A DNA stretch of 64,000 nucleotides from Oceanispirochaeta sp. (GCA_963663385.2 CAXXXD010000004.1:640001-704000), one strand, 5' to 3'; positions 1-10,552 are shown, counted from the first letter of the stretch. Numbers and translations: made by a program. Notes: generated by a model not told the origin, from the letters alone.

Positions 1-7
1 TGCGGTA

Positions 8-1348
8 ATGGCGGAATCGAACAGGGGGATGAAAAAATCCTTTATTGATAATTTTACCTCTCACCTGGTTATAAAGGCCCCCACAGAAATGGAGGTCGGA
101 CTCTTCGGTGCGACAACCCCCTCTATCGGGGAGTTTTATGCATTGCCCGTATTGAAAGAGAGGGATGCTCTGGAGCAGTTGGCTAAGAATCAGCCCGATA
201 TAGAAGCCGTTACCCCCCTGATTTATGGAGCCTGTGCTCTGGATGCCGCCGGTATACGCTATAATATTCCGGTTTTCGGCGTTGAAGGGGAGGGGTATTT
301 TGATTTTTTCCCGGGGATTCACATTGTAGAAGGCAGTAAGCTTCAGGACGGAATGCCCGGAGTAATGATTACCCGGAGCAGGTTTGAACGGATACAGCGG
401 GACAGCGGCAGAGAATTGGAAACAGGAGAGCCTCTTCTGTTGAGTATGTATGGCAATGGGGGCTTTAAAATCCGTCAGGTTCCTCTGGCGGGGGTTTTTA
501 CCTATGAAAACAGTAACCCCCAGCTGGATGAAATGGTCATAACGGATATGCAGACCATCCGGTCATTAAACTCCCTCTCCCTGGCAAAAGAAGAGGATCA
601 GACGATTCTTGAAAAAGACATGGATCTGCTCGGAGGAGAGCTGGATGACCTTTTTCAGGAGGAAGACCTGTTTGAAGAAGCCTCTGAAGGAGAATCTGCC
701 GTCCACCCCGGCGTTATTGAAGACCTGGTCGATACGGTCGATATGACGGTCTTTCAGACAGGAGGAAGCTGCCACTTCCTGTTACTGAAGCTGAGGAACG
801 CCCGAATCATCCCCAAAGTCGAAAGCAGGCTCTCCCGGATTATTGAACATAACGGGTTTGAAGCTGAGATCATAGGATGGCGGCAGGCGGCAGGACTTTC
901 CGCACAGTTAATATTCCTCCTGCGCATTCTGTATAACACAGGTTTTTTACTGGTAGCCCTGGCGGGGTGTATCGCCCTGGTCAACATATTGCTGATCTCC
1001 GTATTCGACCGGACCCCTGAAATCGGGACCTTGCGGGCTGTAGGCGCCCGAAAGAGTTATGTCCGGAAACTGATCCTGACAGAAAATCTGGTACTGGCCG
1101 GAATCGGGGCTGTAACCGGAATCCTGGCCGGTCAGCTGGTTCTGTTCGGGGTTAACGCCCTCTCCCTTCCGATTCGGAACGGCATGCTGCAGAACCTGCT
1201 GGGACAGAGAATCCTCTATGTGGGAATCGCTCCCCTCTGGTGGGGCATAAGTTTGATAACAACATTGATTCTGGGCTGGATCGCATCGGTCTACCCGGTT
1301 TCACGGGCTCTTCGGATTCAACCGGTAACAGCTCAGAGCAGAGGATAA
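8..1348 (+). CDS. ABC transporter permease, FtsX/LolE/MacB family (probably 5'-truncated by window edge)
   Basis: C-terminal DRTPEIGTLRAVGA FtsX motif plus three TM helices; frame is open upstream of the ATG at 8 and the N-terminal TM helix is missing. Confidence 0.85.
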   Translation: MAESNRGMKKSFIDNFTSHLVIKAPTEMEVGLFGATTPSIGEFYALPVLKERDALEQLAKNQPDIEAVTPLIYGACALDAAGIRYNIPVFGVEGEGYFDFFPGIHIVEGSKLQDGMPGVMITRSRFERIQRDSGRELETGEPLLLSMYGNGGFKIRQVPLAGVFTYENSNPQLDEMVITDMQTIRSLNSLSLAKEEDQTILEKDMDLLGGELDDLFQEEDLFEEASEGESAVHPGVIEDLVDTVDMTVFQTGGSCHFLLLKLRNARIIPKVESRLSRIIEHNGFEAEIIGWRQAAGLSAQLIFLLRILYNTGFLLVALAGCIALVNILLISVFDRTPEIGTLRAVGARKSYVRKLILTENLVLAGIGAVTGILAGQLVLFGVNALSLPIRNGMLQNLLGQRILYVGIAPLWWGISLITTLILGWIASVYPVSRALRIQPVTAQSRG

Positions 1349-1351
1349 TCC

Positions 1352-2671
1352 ATGAAGCTGAAAAACAAAATACACCTGTCCTCTCTGTATTTCAGAAAGC
1401 ACTTCAGACGCTACCTGTTTCTTATGGCAGCCCTGAGTTTCGGTTTTGCCGTAATTACAGTTATGACCTCTCTTTCCGCCGGGATGACCGGGAGCCTTCA
1501 TGAGGCGGCCCTGAGGCATTACGGGGGAGATCTTGTACTGATCGGGTACAACTTCGAAAGAGGGAAGAAAATGCAGATCCCCCGGGCCGGTGCAGTGGAG
1601 GCCCTTCTGGACCATGCTGTAGAAAAAACGAACCTTGAAGTCCGGAAAACCCTTAAGAGAATCAATTATTTCCGGGACGGCGCCCTCTATTTCAGCGGTC
1701 ATATGGTCAGACAGAAGAATGTCCTGGGGATCGACTGGGAACAGGAGCGGGATTTTCTCAGCGCCATGCATCTGATTCAGGGGAGTGTGGACGAACTGAT
1801 TCAGAGGGACAGTATCCTTATTTCCGAAGCGGTCGCCCGGCAGCTGAATTGCCGTATGGGAGACGACCTGGTACTGAAAGCGGACACCCTGACGGGGCAG
1901 CACAATACGGGAACTTTTATTGTCCGGGGCATCTTTCGGGATACCAGCATTTTCGGGTATTACAAATGCTTTGTCGGCCTGGACCGGATGAATTCCCTTT
2001 TAAATTATGGGGAGGGGGATGTGTCTTCATTCGGTCTGGTGCTTGAAGACCGGGAAATTGAAGAAGAGGAGCTGAATCGCCTTTATACCGCTCTTTCCGG
2101 ATCACTGCCCATGGCTCCTCCCATAACTGCAAAAGAAGACCTGACCTACCAGCTTGATCATGTTTCCTGGTCCGGAATCCGTTATTTTCTGGTTCCCCTT
2201 TCTGTTTATGTTTCCCAGGTGGACGAGCTGTTATTGGCGATGGATCTGCTTTCCTATTTTCTCTATGTCATAATGGCCCTGATCATACTGGTCAGCATCA
2301 GTGTGACATACCGGGTTATCCTGCGGGAAAGAACCCGTGAGATCGGAACCATGCTGTCCATGGGGCTGCACAGGAGGGATGCGGTAGGGATTTTATGCCT
2401 GGAAGCGTTCTGGCTGTTTCTTCTCGCCCTTCTGGCGGGGGCTCTGCTTGCCGCGATCCTGATACAAATTCTGACTCTGCTCTCCTACTCCCGGATTCCC
2501 GGGTTCGAACTATTTCTCAGGAGGGGGCGTTTAGTCCCCTCCTTTTCTTTAAAAACTGCAGCAGGCAATATTTTCCTGCTGTTAGGCATAACCCTGCCGG
2601 CGGTTCTGGTCCCTTCCCTTCGGGTAAGCCGAATGGCGCTGACAAGAGCGTTGGCAGGAGATTTTTCATAA
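1352..2671 (+). CDS. ABC transporter permease, FtsX/LolE family
   Basis: N-terminal TM, large periplasmic loop, ERTREIGTMLSMG motif, C-terminal TMs; GAGGA RBS. Confidence 0.9.
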   Translation: MKLKNKIHLSSLYFRKHFRRYLFLMAALSFGFAVITVMTSLSAGMTGSLHEAALRHYGGDLVLIGYNFERGKKMQIPRAGAVEALLDHAVEKTNLEVRKTLKRINYFRDGALYFSGHMVRQKNVLGIDWEQERDFLSAMHLIQGSVDELIQRDSILISEAVARQLNCRMGDDLVLKADTLTGQHNTGTFIVRGIFRDTSIFGYYKCFVGLDRMNSLLNYGEGDVSSFGLVLEDREIEEEELNRLYTALSGSLPMAPPITAKEDLTYQLDHVSWSGIRYFLVPLSVYVSQVDELLLAMDLLSYFLYVIMALIILVSISVTYRVILRERTREIGTMLSMGLHRRDAVGILCLEAFWLFLLALLAGALLAAILIQILTLLSYSRIPGFELFLRRGRLVPSFSLKTAAGNIFLLLGITLPAVLVPSLRVSRMALTRALAGDFS

Positions 2672-2683
2672 GGATAGTAATAC

Positions 2684-3430
2684 ATGTATTTACCAAAACA
2701 GACCCTTACCCGGGTTCTTCTTCTGCTGCTGTTTATACAGGCGGCGGGAGCGGAGGATTTTAAAACAATCCTGCAGAAAGTAGATGAATTAGCCAGCTAC
2801 AAAAACAGCGACTTTGCCGCCGAATATACCATAGTGGAGGACAAACCCGGTGAAGAAAGGAGCAAGACCGTAGCAGTCGTATTCCGCCGGGATGCCCTGG
2901 AAAAATATGTTATTGTAATAATGGAGCCGCAGATTAATAAGGGAGAAGGGTATCTGAAAGTGGAAGATGCCCTGTGGCTCTACGATCCCGAAAGCCGCCG
3001 GTTCAACTATACCAGCTCAAAGGACCGCTTTCAGAATACGAATGCCAGGAATTCGGACTTTACCCAGTCCACCCTGGCGCAGGACTACGATGTGGAATCG
3101 GGGGAACAGGTCAAACTGGGGCGGTATAACTGCTGGAAGCTGCATCTGGTTGCCAATAATGACAAAGTGACCTATCCCATTATGGATATCTGGGTGGATG
3201 AGGACTACCTGGTCAGGAAAACCGACGATTACAGCCTCTCCGGGCAGCGTCTCAGGACAACGGCCTTCCCCAGTTATCAGAAGGTGGACGGGGCGTATGT
3301 GCCCCATAAATTTGTTCTGCTTGAAATTCTGGAACAGGAAAAAACCCAGATTACCATCTCTAAAGTGTCTTTTGACAGCTTACCCGATACGACATTCTCA
3401 AAACAGTTCCTCGAAAAGGTAAACCGTTAG
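2684..3430 (+). CDS. Outer-membrane lipoprotein-sorting protein (LolA-like)
   Basis: Signal peptide; G.GYLK...LWLYDP and NSDF motifs typical of LolA-like proteins that follow FtsX permeases. Confidence 0.85.
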   Translation: MYLPKQTLTRVLLLLLFIQAAGAEDFKTILQKVDELASYKNSDFAAEYTIVEDKPGEERSKTVAVVFRRDALEKYVIVIMEPQINKGEGYLKVEDALWLYDPESRRFNYTSSKDRFQNTNARNSDFTQSTLAQDYDVESGEQVKLGRYNCWKLHLVANNDKVTYPIMDIWVDEDYLVRKTDDYSLSGQRLRTTAFPSYQKVDGAYVPHKFVLLEILEQEKTQITISKVSFDSLPDTTFSKQFLEKVNR

Positions 3431-3438
3431 GAAATTTT

Positions 3439-5262
3439 ATGAAATGTAGAATATTTAATCTCATCTTCGGACTGAGCCTGATCTCAGCCGGCTGCACTAT
3501 GTTCGATTACTCCGGTGAAAGCAGTTCTATCACACTGAGAATTTCAGAGGTGGGCTGCGGGTATTATCAGGATATCCCCCTCTATCTTGAAGTGTATAAC
3601 TACGGAACCGAAACAGTCGATCTGGGGAAGGTTGTACTGCGCAGCAGTGCATCCGTTCTGGGATCGGACCTGTTATACGAGGGCGAGTTTTCTCTTCCAT
3701 CATTCGAGGTTCCCCCTGGCGCCTATATTCTGCTGAGATCGGGTATTTCCGATTCTCTGATGGATGCGGAAGAACAGGGCGTCTTCTATATTTCCGAAGG
3801 AGACTACTTTCCCTACTGGACCAATATGGGATTTGCCGAGCTGATGGCACGGGGGCAGACAGTGGATTTTGTCCGCTGGGGATCCGGCGGTATTGCCCAG
3901 CCCACTTCCGGCACATTCGAAGGAACTGCGCCCGGTACAACCTACAGCGCTTCCTATTCTTACGGGCGGAGTATTATCCGGTCGGATGTGGACAATGATA
4001 CGGATGAGGGTCTGGACTGGTCCTCCTGCACAAAACATACCCCGGGCGGTCCGAACGATATAAGGGATACCACAGATTCAGATGGGGACGGGATCCCCGA
4101 TGAGGCGGAGGTTTCCGGGGGAACCTATGCCGGGGTGGACTACTATGCCATGGGGGCCCGTACCGGACAGAAGGATATGTTTATCCATATAGCCTATATG
4201 GAGGACTGTGAACCGGTAGAAGAAGCCCTGTCCATGGTTCAGGATGTTTTCCAGAGTTATAACAGCTCCTACCGGATACACTTTGATGCGGGAACCCTTT
4301 TTGACAGTTCCCCCTTTAATACCGCCAGATACAATCTGAGCGGAACAAGCCATCAGGTTCCAGCGAGTGATACGGTCTCCCTTTCGCGGGATGCCGGGAC
4401 GGCAGACTCCTATTTGAATGATTATAAGAATCTCTGCTTTCCCGTAAGTCGCAAGCCCGTGTTCCATTTTCTGTTAATGGGAACGTCCATGGGGAATCTG
4501 GGAACCTACGGTGCGGCGGAGATTCTGGGGAACGATATGCTTGTTACCCTGGGAGATATGGAGTGGACCGATCTGGAAACGTATCCTCAGGAGAAGGCCA
4601 ATGTTCAGGCATCGGTTATCCTTCATCAGATAGGCCATAATATGGGCCTGCTCCACGGCGGGAATGATGAATGCGAATACAAACCAAACTACCTGAGTGT
4701 TATGAATCCCCTTTATGTGCTGGAAGGTCTCCCCGCCGCAAGCGGCGACACCATCGGCGACCGGTATTACTGGCAGATGTGGTCTCTGGAGAATTTCCGT
4801 GCCGATTCAAAGTGGGCGGTATTTTTTCCCACCTTCCCGGCGGACCGGAATGACCTGGATTTGAACCGGCTCGGCACCGACCCGGACGAGGGAGAGGAAT
4901 TTCTTATCGGTTTTTCCAGAGGGTATTACGACAGTCTGGATGAATCGTCCCTTGATGAATCGATGGGAATCCGGAAAAACTCGGATAAAAACCCCGTTGA
5001 CTGGGATGGTGACGGCTCGGCTGATGAAACTGCGGACGGTACGGCATTGCGGAGCAAGGCGGATATCAACTCCGACGGCAGTCTCTCGGTATTGCATGAC
5101 TACAACGACTGGGGGTATCTGAAGTGGCCCTTTGCCTCCTATTACACAAGCGAGTATATGGGTGTTTCACTCAGCGAAACAGCACCGTCTCCGGAACACT
5201 ATGGCTATCCTTTTATGCTGGATGACTCACAGGATTTTGTCGTGGAGGGGGGATCATGGTAA
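3439..5262 (+). CDS. Lipoprotein with lamin-tail-like domain, DxDxDG calcium-binding motifs and metzincin-like domain
   Basis: Lipobox LISAG-C; RISEV...LEVYNYG..TVDL (LTD-like) ending in HTPG; DSDGDGIPD; HQIGHNMGLLH plus YLSVMN Met-turn. Confidence 0.7.
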   Translation: MKCRIFNLIFGLSLISAGCTMFDYSGESSSITLRISEVGCGYYQDIPLYLEVYNYGTETVDLGKVVLRSSASVLGSDLLYEGEFSLPSFEVPPGAYILLRSGISDSLMDAEEQGVFYISEGDYFPYWTNMGFAELMARGQTVDFVRWGSGGIAQPTSGTFEGTAPGTTYSASYSYGRSIIRSDVDNDTDEGLDWSSCTKHTPGGPNDIRDTTDSDGDGIPDEAEVSGGTYAGVDYYAMGARTGQKDMFIHIAYMEDCEPVEEALSMVQDVFQSYNSSYRIHFDAGTLFDSSPFNTARYNLSGTSHQVPASDTVSLSRDAGTADSYLNDYKNLCFPVSRKPVFHFLLMGTSMGNLGTYGAAEILGNDMLVTLGDMEWTDLETYPQEKANVQASVILHQIGHNMGLLHGGNDECEYKPNYLSVMNPLYVLEGLPAASGDTIGDRYYWQMWSLENFRADSKWAVFFPTFPADRNDLDLNRLGTDPDEGEEFLIGFSRGYYDSLDESSLDESMGIRKNSDKNPVDWDGDGSADETADGTALRSKADINSDGSLSVLHDYNDWGYLKWPFASYYTSEYMGVSLSETAPSPEHYGYPFMLDDSQDFVVEGGSW

Positions 5263-6674
5263 AAATACTTCGCTCCCTTATTCTGTGTCTGTTACTATGT
5301 GCCTTTGCGTTTTCCACCTATGCAGAAACCGGAACGGCCACGACCGATCTGATGGATGAGGATCTGAATCTGGACGAACTGTTTGAAGAGGATTCGGAGG
5401 TTCAGGATCTGGAGGGTGATGAGCAGGCGGAAAAGCCGGAAGAGCCTCAGAAGGAAACTGTTCCGCCGAAAGATAAGGTTGACCTTCTGGAGGATGTCGT
5501 AGGAAAAAGTGAATTTGTTTTTGGCGGGAATTTCCGCTTTGCAACAGGTTATTCATCAGGATGGACCTACATGCCCTGGAATCCGGCTGTGGGGGAAGAC
5601 ACGGAGATGGACGATATGGTCATGATGGATATGTCTTCCACTCTGACCCTGGATTTTAAACTGGGGCCGGAATTCCGGGTCCTTCAGAAATACTCTCTCT
5701 CATTTCCGAAATTCGAGACTCAGGTGACAGAGTTTTTTGGAGATTACTCCATCAGGGACCAGATCTTTTTCAGGATCGGGCGTCAGAATCTCACATGGGG
5801 TACTTCCCGGTTTTATCCCTTTGCCAATCTGACCGCCAGGATTCCCGAGGATTTTGGAGCGATAGGCTATAACGATGCGATTAATGATGCAGACTCTTAT
5901 GCTTTAAAACTGGATATTCCGGTTGCCATGGGAGGGATTCAGGGACTGATCTTTACACGAAACGGTTTCTTCGAGGATCCCAATGCCCCCTCTTCCGAAG
6001 AGATCGGGTATGGGGGAAATTTCAATCTGGCTCAAACCTGGGGGGATTTCACAGTCGGAACGTTCTACCATAAAGCCATGAACTGGAGAAGTTTCTATAG
6101 TTTCAGTGCAACTGTTTTTGACAATATCGAGATTTATCAGGAAGGGGTTGTTTCCTATGATATACAGAATGATGATCTTCAGCCTTTGTATGATAAAAGC
6201 TTTGTGGAAATAGACCAATCCTACCAGTATCCCGTGAGTCTTGAAGACTACTCCTGTAATCCGATTCTGTCGGATAGAATGGATTTCGATCTGAACTTCG
6301 GCGGGTTTGTCGAACTGTTTGACAAGAAGCTGAAACTGTCTGCCGAATATTTTTACTGCGGAGAAGAGACCGAACTGGATTTGAAAAACTCCTCATACCC
6401 CCTGCTGTGGGGGCATAATCTGGCAGGAGGATTCTCCTGCCAGGTTTTCAGGGATAAACTGAAGGTATACTCTCAGGTTAAGTACAATACTAACGAGAAA
6501 TCGGGTCTGATCCTTTCCGGAATGACATTTGATACGGCTGAATATTTCACTTTGAACCTAGCTGTGCCGGTAATATTCGGTGAAACATCCGGCGGGTATT
6601 ATACGGATAATACGGACCGGCTGGACAGACCTGTCAGTTTTATCCTGTACGGTGTTATCTCCGGAAAGATGTAG
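5256..6674 (+). CDS. Putative outer-membrane beta-barrel protein
   Basis: Signal peptide, acidic linker, alternating aromatic beta-strand pattern, RIGRQNLTWG motif; last gene of cassette. Confidence 0.6.
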   Translation: MVKILRSLILCLLLCAFAFSTYAETGTATTDLMDEDLNLDELFEEDSEVQDLEGDEQAEKPEEPQKETVPPKDKVDLLEDVVGKSEFVFGGNFRFATGYSSGWTYMPWNPAVGEDTEMDDMVMMDMSSTLTLDFKLGPEFRVLQKYSLSFPKFETQVTEFFGDYSIRDQIFFRIGRQNLTWGTSRFYPFANLTARIPEDFGAIGYNDAINDADSYALKLDIPVAMGGIQGLIFTRNGFFEDPNAPSSEEIGYGGNFNLAQTWGDFTVGTFYHKAMNWRSFYSFSATVFDNIEIYQEGVVSYDIQNDDLQPLYDKSFVEIDQSYQYPVSLEDYSCNPILSDRMDFDLNFGGFVELFDKKLKLSAEYFYCGEETELDLKNSSYPLLWGHNLAGGFSCQVFRDKLKVYSQVKYNTNEKSGLILSGMTFDTAEYFTLNLAVPVIFGETSGGYYTDNTDRLDRPVSFILYGVISGKM

Positions 6675-6678
6675 GACC

Positions 6679-7434
6679 CTATTTCAGGAATTTTACTGTT
6701 CCATAGATGGCATAATGGGAGAAGTAAAACAGAGTTTCAGGGAGAGACAGGTTTAAAGATTCCCGGTAAAACAGCCACTGTTTCCCGGCTTCTTTCATTT
6801 TATTGCCCGTCCAGGAATCCGAATGAATTCTGAGGCGGGCCAGATCTTCATTTAATCCGAAGCCGTATTCTATCTTTTTCAGTATCTTCAACCATAAATA
6901 CAGGTCGTCCTTATGGACGGCTGTCAAATCCTGAAGGATGGGGCCTGTTTTTTCCGTATCGTAAATGGCGGAGGATGCCATGATGCTGCAGGTTTTTTTC
7001 ATGGATCTGTAAGTGATCCGGTCCGGTATCGTAATAAGACTTCGGCTTGTGATAATCCCTTCATTGTTAAACTTTCTGTAAGCGGTATAACTTAAACCGG
7101 CATCTTTCTCCTTCATAAAACGGATATGCCTCTCCAGTTTCCCGGGCAGCCAGTTGTCATCAATATCCAAAAAAGCTATATACCGGCCTCTGGCTGCCTG
7201 CAAGGCGGCATTCCGGGCGTGTACAGGCCCCCTGTTACGGGACATCCTGAGAACTGATATCCTCTTGTTCTGATTCTCCAGTTCTTTCAGTACTTCATGG
7301 GTTTTGTCTGTTGAACTATCATCAACAATCAACCATTCATAGTCTGTATATGTCTGAGATAAAACGCTTCTTGCAGCTGATTCTATATACATAAATCCGT
7401 TATATACTGGAGTAATGATACTTACTTCTGGCAT
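6679..7434 (-). CDS. Glycosyltransferase family 2
   Basis: VSIITPVYN, IVDDSSTD, IAFLDIDD (DxD) motifs. Confidence 0.92.
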   Translation of the reverse strand: MPEVSIITPVYNGFMYIESAARSVLSQTYTDYEWLIVDDSSTDKTHEVLKELENQNKRISVLRMSRNRGPVHARNAALQAARGRYIAFLDIDDNWLPGKLERHIRFMKEKDAGLSYTAYRKFNNEGIITSRSLITIPDRITYRSMKKTCSIMASSAIYDTEKTGPILQDLTAVHKDDLYLWLKILKKIEYGFGLNEDLARLRIHSDSWTGNKMKEAGKQWLFYRESLNLSLPETLFYFSHYAIYGTVKFLK

Positions 7435-7575
7435 CTTACAAATATCCTTAAATAATGTTCCTATAAAGTCTATAAAGAATATATTTTCACTATTTAAGGA
7501 AACATAAAATAGGAATTGTTCTTATATTGGAATAAATATTTACATTTTAAGATAATAACTATATTGTTTGATTTT

Positions 7576-8682
7576 ATGAAAGCAAGAGTCCGGAAGCTTC
7601 AGATTCTTTACATTATAGGCTTGATCTCTGTTGTCATTCTGGGGTTTTCTCTTTACACAACCATAGAGTTGTCAGCTGGAAGGCTGATGAATGTTTTAAT
7701 TGACATTAACTCATTTATCGGGGATGCGATATATTTTTCCTATCATGAAGGATACAGTGATAAGGAATACTTTTTTTTTATAAATAACATTCATGAGTAT
7801 TTCCATCAGGCAAATTTGAACTTAATCTTTGACGAACTGGGAATATACAATATAGATAGATTAGAGTTGTTTACTCAACCTGATCAGGCTGATATTGCTC
7901 TGTCTGAATTAAGACATATTCAGGATCTGCTGGGTGAGCTTGTTAAGAGGCAGCATAACGTTTCCTATGGAATCGTTATATCAAGCAGTATTGTTCTTAT
8001 TACAGTTGTAACAATGTTGTTTGTTACAGGTTCAAAAAAAAGGAATCATTATCAAAACCAGATTCTCAGGAACAAAATGCAGACTGATTTATTGAACACA
8101 ATGGAAAAGGAGCGAAATCTTCTCTCTTTTGAACTGCATGATGATCTGGCTCAGAAGCTGGCATTGATTAATCGCTACTTTTATAAACCGGACTTGAACA
8201 AAGACAATATCCAGATACTGAAATCCTATTCGGAAGAGGCAATACAGCAGATTCGACTTGTTTCAAACCGTCTTAAAACCCCGGGATTCAATAATCTCTC
8301 TTTAAAAGATTCATTTTATAAACTTTTTTCTGATTTTAAGATACTGACAGGTATTAATCTCAAATACAGTATTATTGGATTTGCGAGTTTAAAGCTTGAT
8401 ACTGATGCAACCATAAATGTCTATAGAGTTGTTCAGGAATTGTTAAGTAACGCCTATAAGCATTCAAAAGCGGAATGTATAAGCATTGTTTTAATATACG
8501 GACACCCCGAATTAATTATCAGGTATAAGGATAATGGTGTCGGATACGATCCTGAAACAGGAAATACTAAAGGTCTTGGGATGGAAAGTATGCGTTTTAG
8601 ACTGGAATTACTGAATGCAGGTTGGGATATTCAATCCAGACTGAATGCGGGTGTTACGTGTAAGATAAGGATCCCGGTATAA
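7576..8682 (+). CDS. Sensor histidine kinase, HisKA_3 (NarX/UhpB type)
   Basis: Two TMs; ERNLLSFELHDDLAQ H-box; VQELLSNAYKH, DNGVG, GLGM boxes; ATG at 7576 preferred over TTG 7516. Confidence 0.9.
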   Translation: MKARVRKLQILYIIGLISVVILGFSLYTTIELSAGRLMNVLIDINSFIGDAIYFSYHEGYSDKEYFFFINNIHEYFHQANLNLIFDELGIYNIDRLELFTQPDQADIALSELRHIQDLLGELVKRQHNVSYGIVISSSIVLITVVTMLFVTGSKKRNHYQNQILRNKMQTDLLNTMEKERNLLSFELHDDLAQKLALINRYFYKPDLNKDNIQILKSYSEEAIQQIRLVSNRLKTPGFNNLSLKDSFYKLFSDFKILTGINLKYSIIGFASLKLDTDATINVYRVVQELLSNAYKHSKAECISIVLIYGHPELIIRYKDNGVGYDPETGNTKGLGMESMRFRLELLNAGWDIQSRLNAGVTCKIRIPV

Positions 8683-9296
8683 TGAATAAGAAAGTGTTAA
8701 TCGTTGATGATCATGAACTGATCTTTTCCGGCTTAAAAGGATATCTTGAAAATATTGAGTTATTATTTGCGCAAAGCCAGGATGAAGTGGATAACTATCT
8801 CTACTCAGAGCAGATTGCAAGTGCAGTAATTGATGTAACAATTGGAAACGACAACGGATTTGATGTAGCGTATAAAATCCGGAATCATGTTAAACACATC
8901 TTTTTTCTCTCCATGCATAAATCGCCGCTATATATTCATAAGGCGATGGAAGAGGGGTATGCAGGATACTTCCTGAAGGATGAACCGTTGGATCTTCTCA
9001 GTGAAGCTCTTCGGAAACCTGATTACAGAGAATTCTGGATGTCGGATTCAGTATCATCTATTATAAAGGAAGAGGGATCAAGAAAATTTGAATTATATGA
9101 CCGATTATCTCCCCGTGAGCAGCAGATCCTGAGATTATTGGCTGAAGGTATCGGATATAAGGATATTGGTCAGGAACTGAACATCAGTGCTAAAACTGTA
9201 AATGTTCATAGGGCTAATATTTTCAAAAAACTTGGGCTGGAAAAACAGGTTGATATTGTAAAATATGCCATTAAAATAGGACTGATAGATTTGTGA
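8682..9296 (+). CDS. Response regulator, NarL/LuxR family
   Basis: LIVDDH receiver; LSPREQQIL...TVNVHRANI HTH; TAATG overlap with kinase. Confidence 0.92.
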   Translation: MNKKVLIVDDHELIFSGLKGYLENIELLFAQSQDEVDNYLYSEQIASAVIDVTIGNDNGFDVAYKIRNHVKHIFFLSMHKSPLYIHKAMEEGYAGYFLKDEPLDLLSEALRKPDYREFWMSDSVSSIIKEEGSRKFELYDRLSPREQQILRLLAEGIGYKDIGQELNISAKTVNVHRANIFKKLGLEKQVDIVKYAIKIGLIDL

Positions 9297-9376
9297 TAAT
9301 AGGAAAAATCCCTATATAATTTCACTTCGTTTGCAGATAGTATACCCTTGTTCTTTTATTGGGAAGAGGATTATTT

Positions 9377-9958
9377 ATGAAGGGTAGAACTCTATTCGTT
9401 AACACTATGCGTACCTGCATTGTTATCATATTTATAAGCATTCTGCTGAACAATTCAATCTCTTTATTTGTTCGTAAATATCATCTTCCCCTATTTTTAG
9501 ACACTTGTTTCAGTATTTTCTGCGGTATTACCTTTGGATCTGTACACGGATTTCTGACAGGAGTTTTTTCAAATTTATTTGAGCTTTATCTGTATGGGTT
9601 TACAGATATGCTTGCAATGGATTCGATTATTAACGGTTTAGTCGGGCTGGGCGCAGGTCTGTATTGTAAATATAAATGTTCCGGAAATATAATTTTCCCA
9701 GCTGTTCTAATAGTCTATACTACATTAATTTCAATGACTATCAGTCTGATTTATGCATGGATTTTTAACGGGCATTTCCATCACCCGTTCATGGATACCT
9801 GTATTTCAATTTTTCTTGTATTGGGTTTCGGAAAATATATTTCTACCTTGGGGGCACTATTTCTGTTACATCTGAATGATAAATTCATATCTGTTACAAT
9901 TGCCTATATCCTATGGGTACTGTACAGCAAACACTTTTCAGACAGCAATGATTCCTAA
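9377..9958 (+). CDS. ECF transporter S-component-like membrane protein
   Basis: Hydrophobic, LPLFLDT motif, G...G.LTG..SN and C-terminal DK motif; GAGGA RBS before ATG 9377. Confidence 0.7.
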   Translation: MKGRTLFVNTMRTCIVIIFISILLNNSISLFVRKYHLPLFLDTCFSIFCGITFGSVHGFLTGVFSNLFELYLYGFTDMLAMDSIINGLVGLGAGLYCKYKCSGNIIFPAVLIVYTTLISMTISLIYAWIFNGHFHHPFMDTCISIFLVLGFGKYISTLGALFLLHLNDKFISVTIAYILWVLYSKHFSDSNDS

Positions 9959-10552
9959 CTCTATAGCTTTCTTTACTATGCCTATCTGGTTTGTGGCGTT
10001 GAATTTAGAAAGTATTTTTTCTCTATGGTTACTTACTGTTTTTTTGCTGATGTTCAAGTCCTGTGCTATTTTATTGTAATCAGCCCCCCGGGCCATCAAA
10101 ATAAAAACCTCCTGTTCTCGTGGCGAAAGCCTGAGATACTCGGTTATTACAGAGGATTCAGAATGCTGCATTAGTTTCCGGGTCTCCTGTGACATCCAAA
10201 AATCTTTAAGGGACGGGTTTTTTAAGGCTTCCAATACCAAACCAGTCGATTCATCCTTTAAGAAATATCCTTTCACTCCAATTTCCCTGGCCTGCTCAAT
10301 GTAGGAAATATCCTTATGCATAGTGAGTATGAATGTGTATGTATCTGAAGGGATGAAACTGAAAAGATCAAGACCGTTTTCCAATCCAAGAGATATATCC
10401 AGCAGAACCGCATGAAATTTTTTTAACCGCAGCAGTGATCTGGCTTCTTCCAGAGAGGAGGCGTAATCCAGTTTATAATGGGGGTGAAAGTAATATTTCT
10501 GAAGACCCTGGAAGATTAAGTAATGATCATCGATTATTAAGACTCTTTTCAT
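9938..10552 (-). CDS. Response regulator, NarL/LuxR family
   Basis: LIIDDH, LLDISL receiver; LSPREQEV...TVSNHREKI HTH. Confidence 0.92.
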   Translation of the reverse strand: MKRVLIIDDHYLIFQGLQKYYFHPHYKLDYASSLEEARSLLRLKKFHAVLLDISLGLENGLDLFSFIPSDTYTFILTMHKDISYIEQAREIGVKGYFLKDESTGLVLEALKNPSLKDFWMSQETRKLMQHSESSVITEYLRLSPREQEVFILMARGADYNKIAQDLNISKKTVSNHREKILSKFNATNQIGIVKKAIELGIIAV

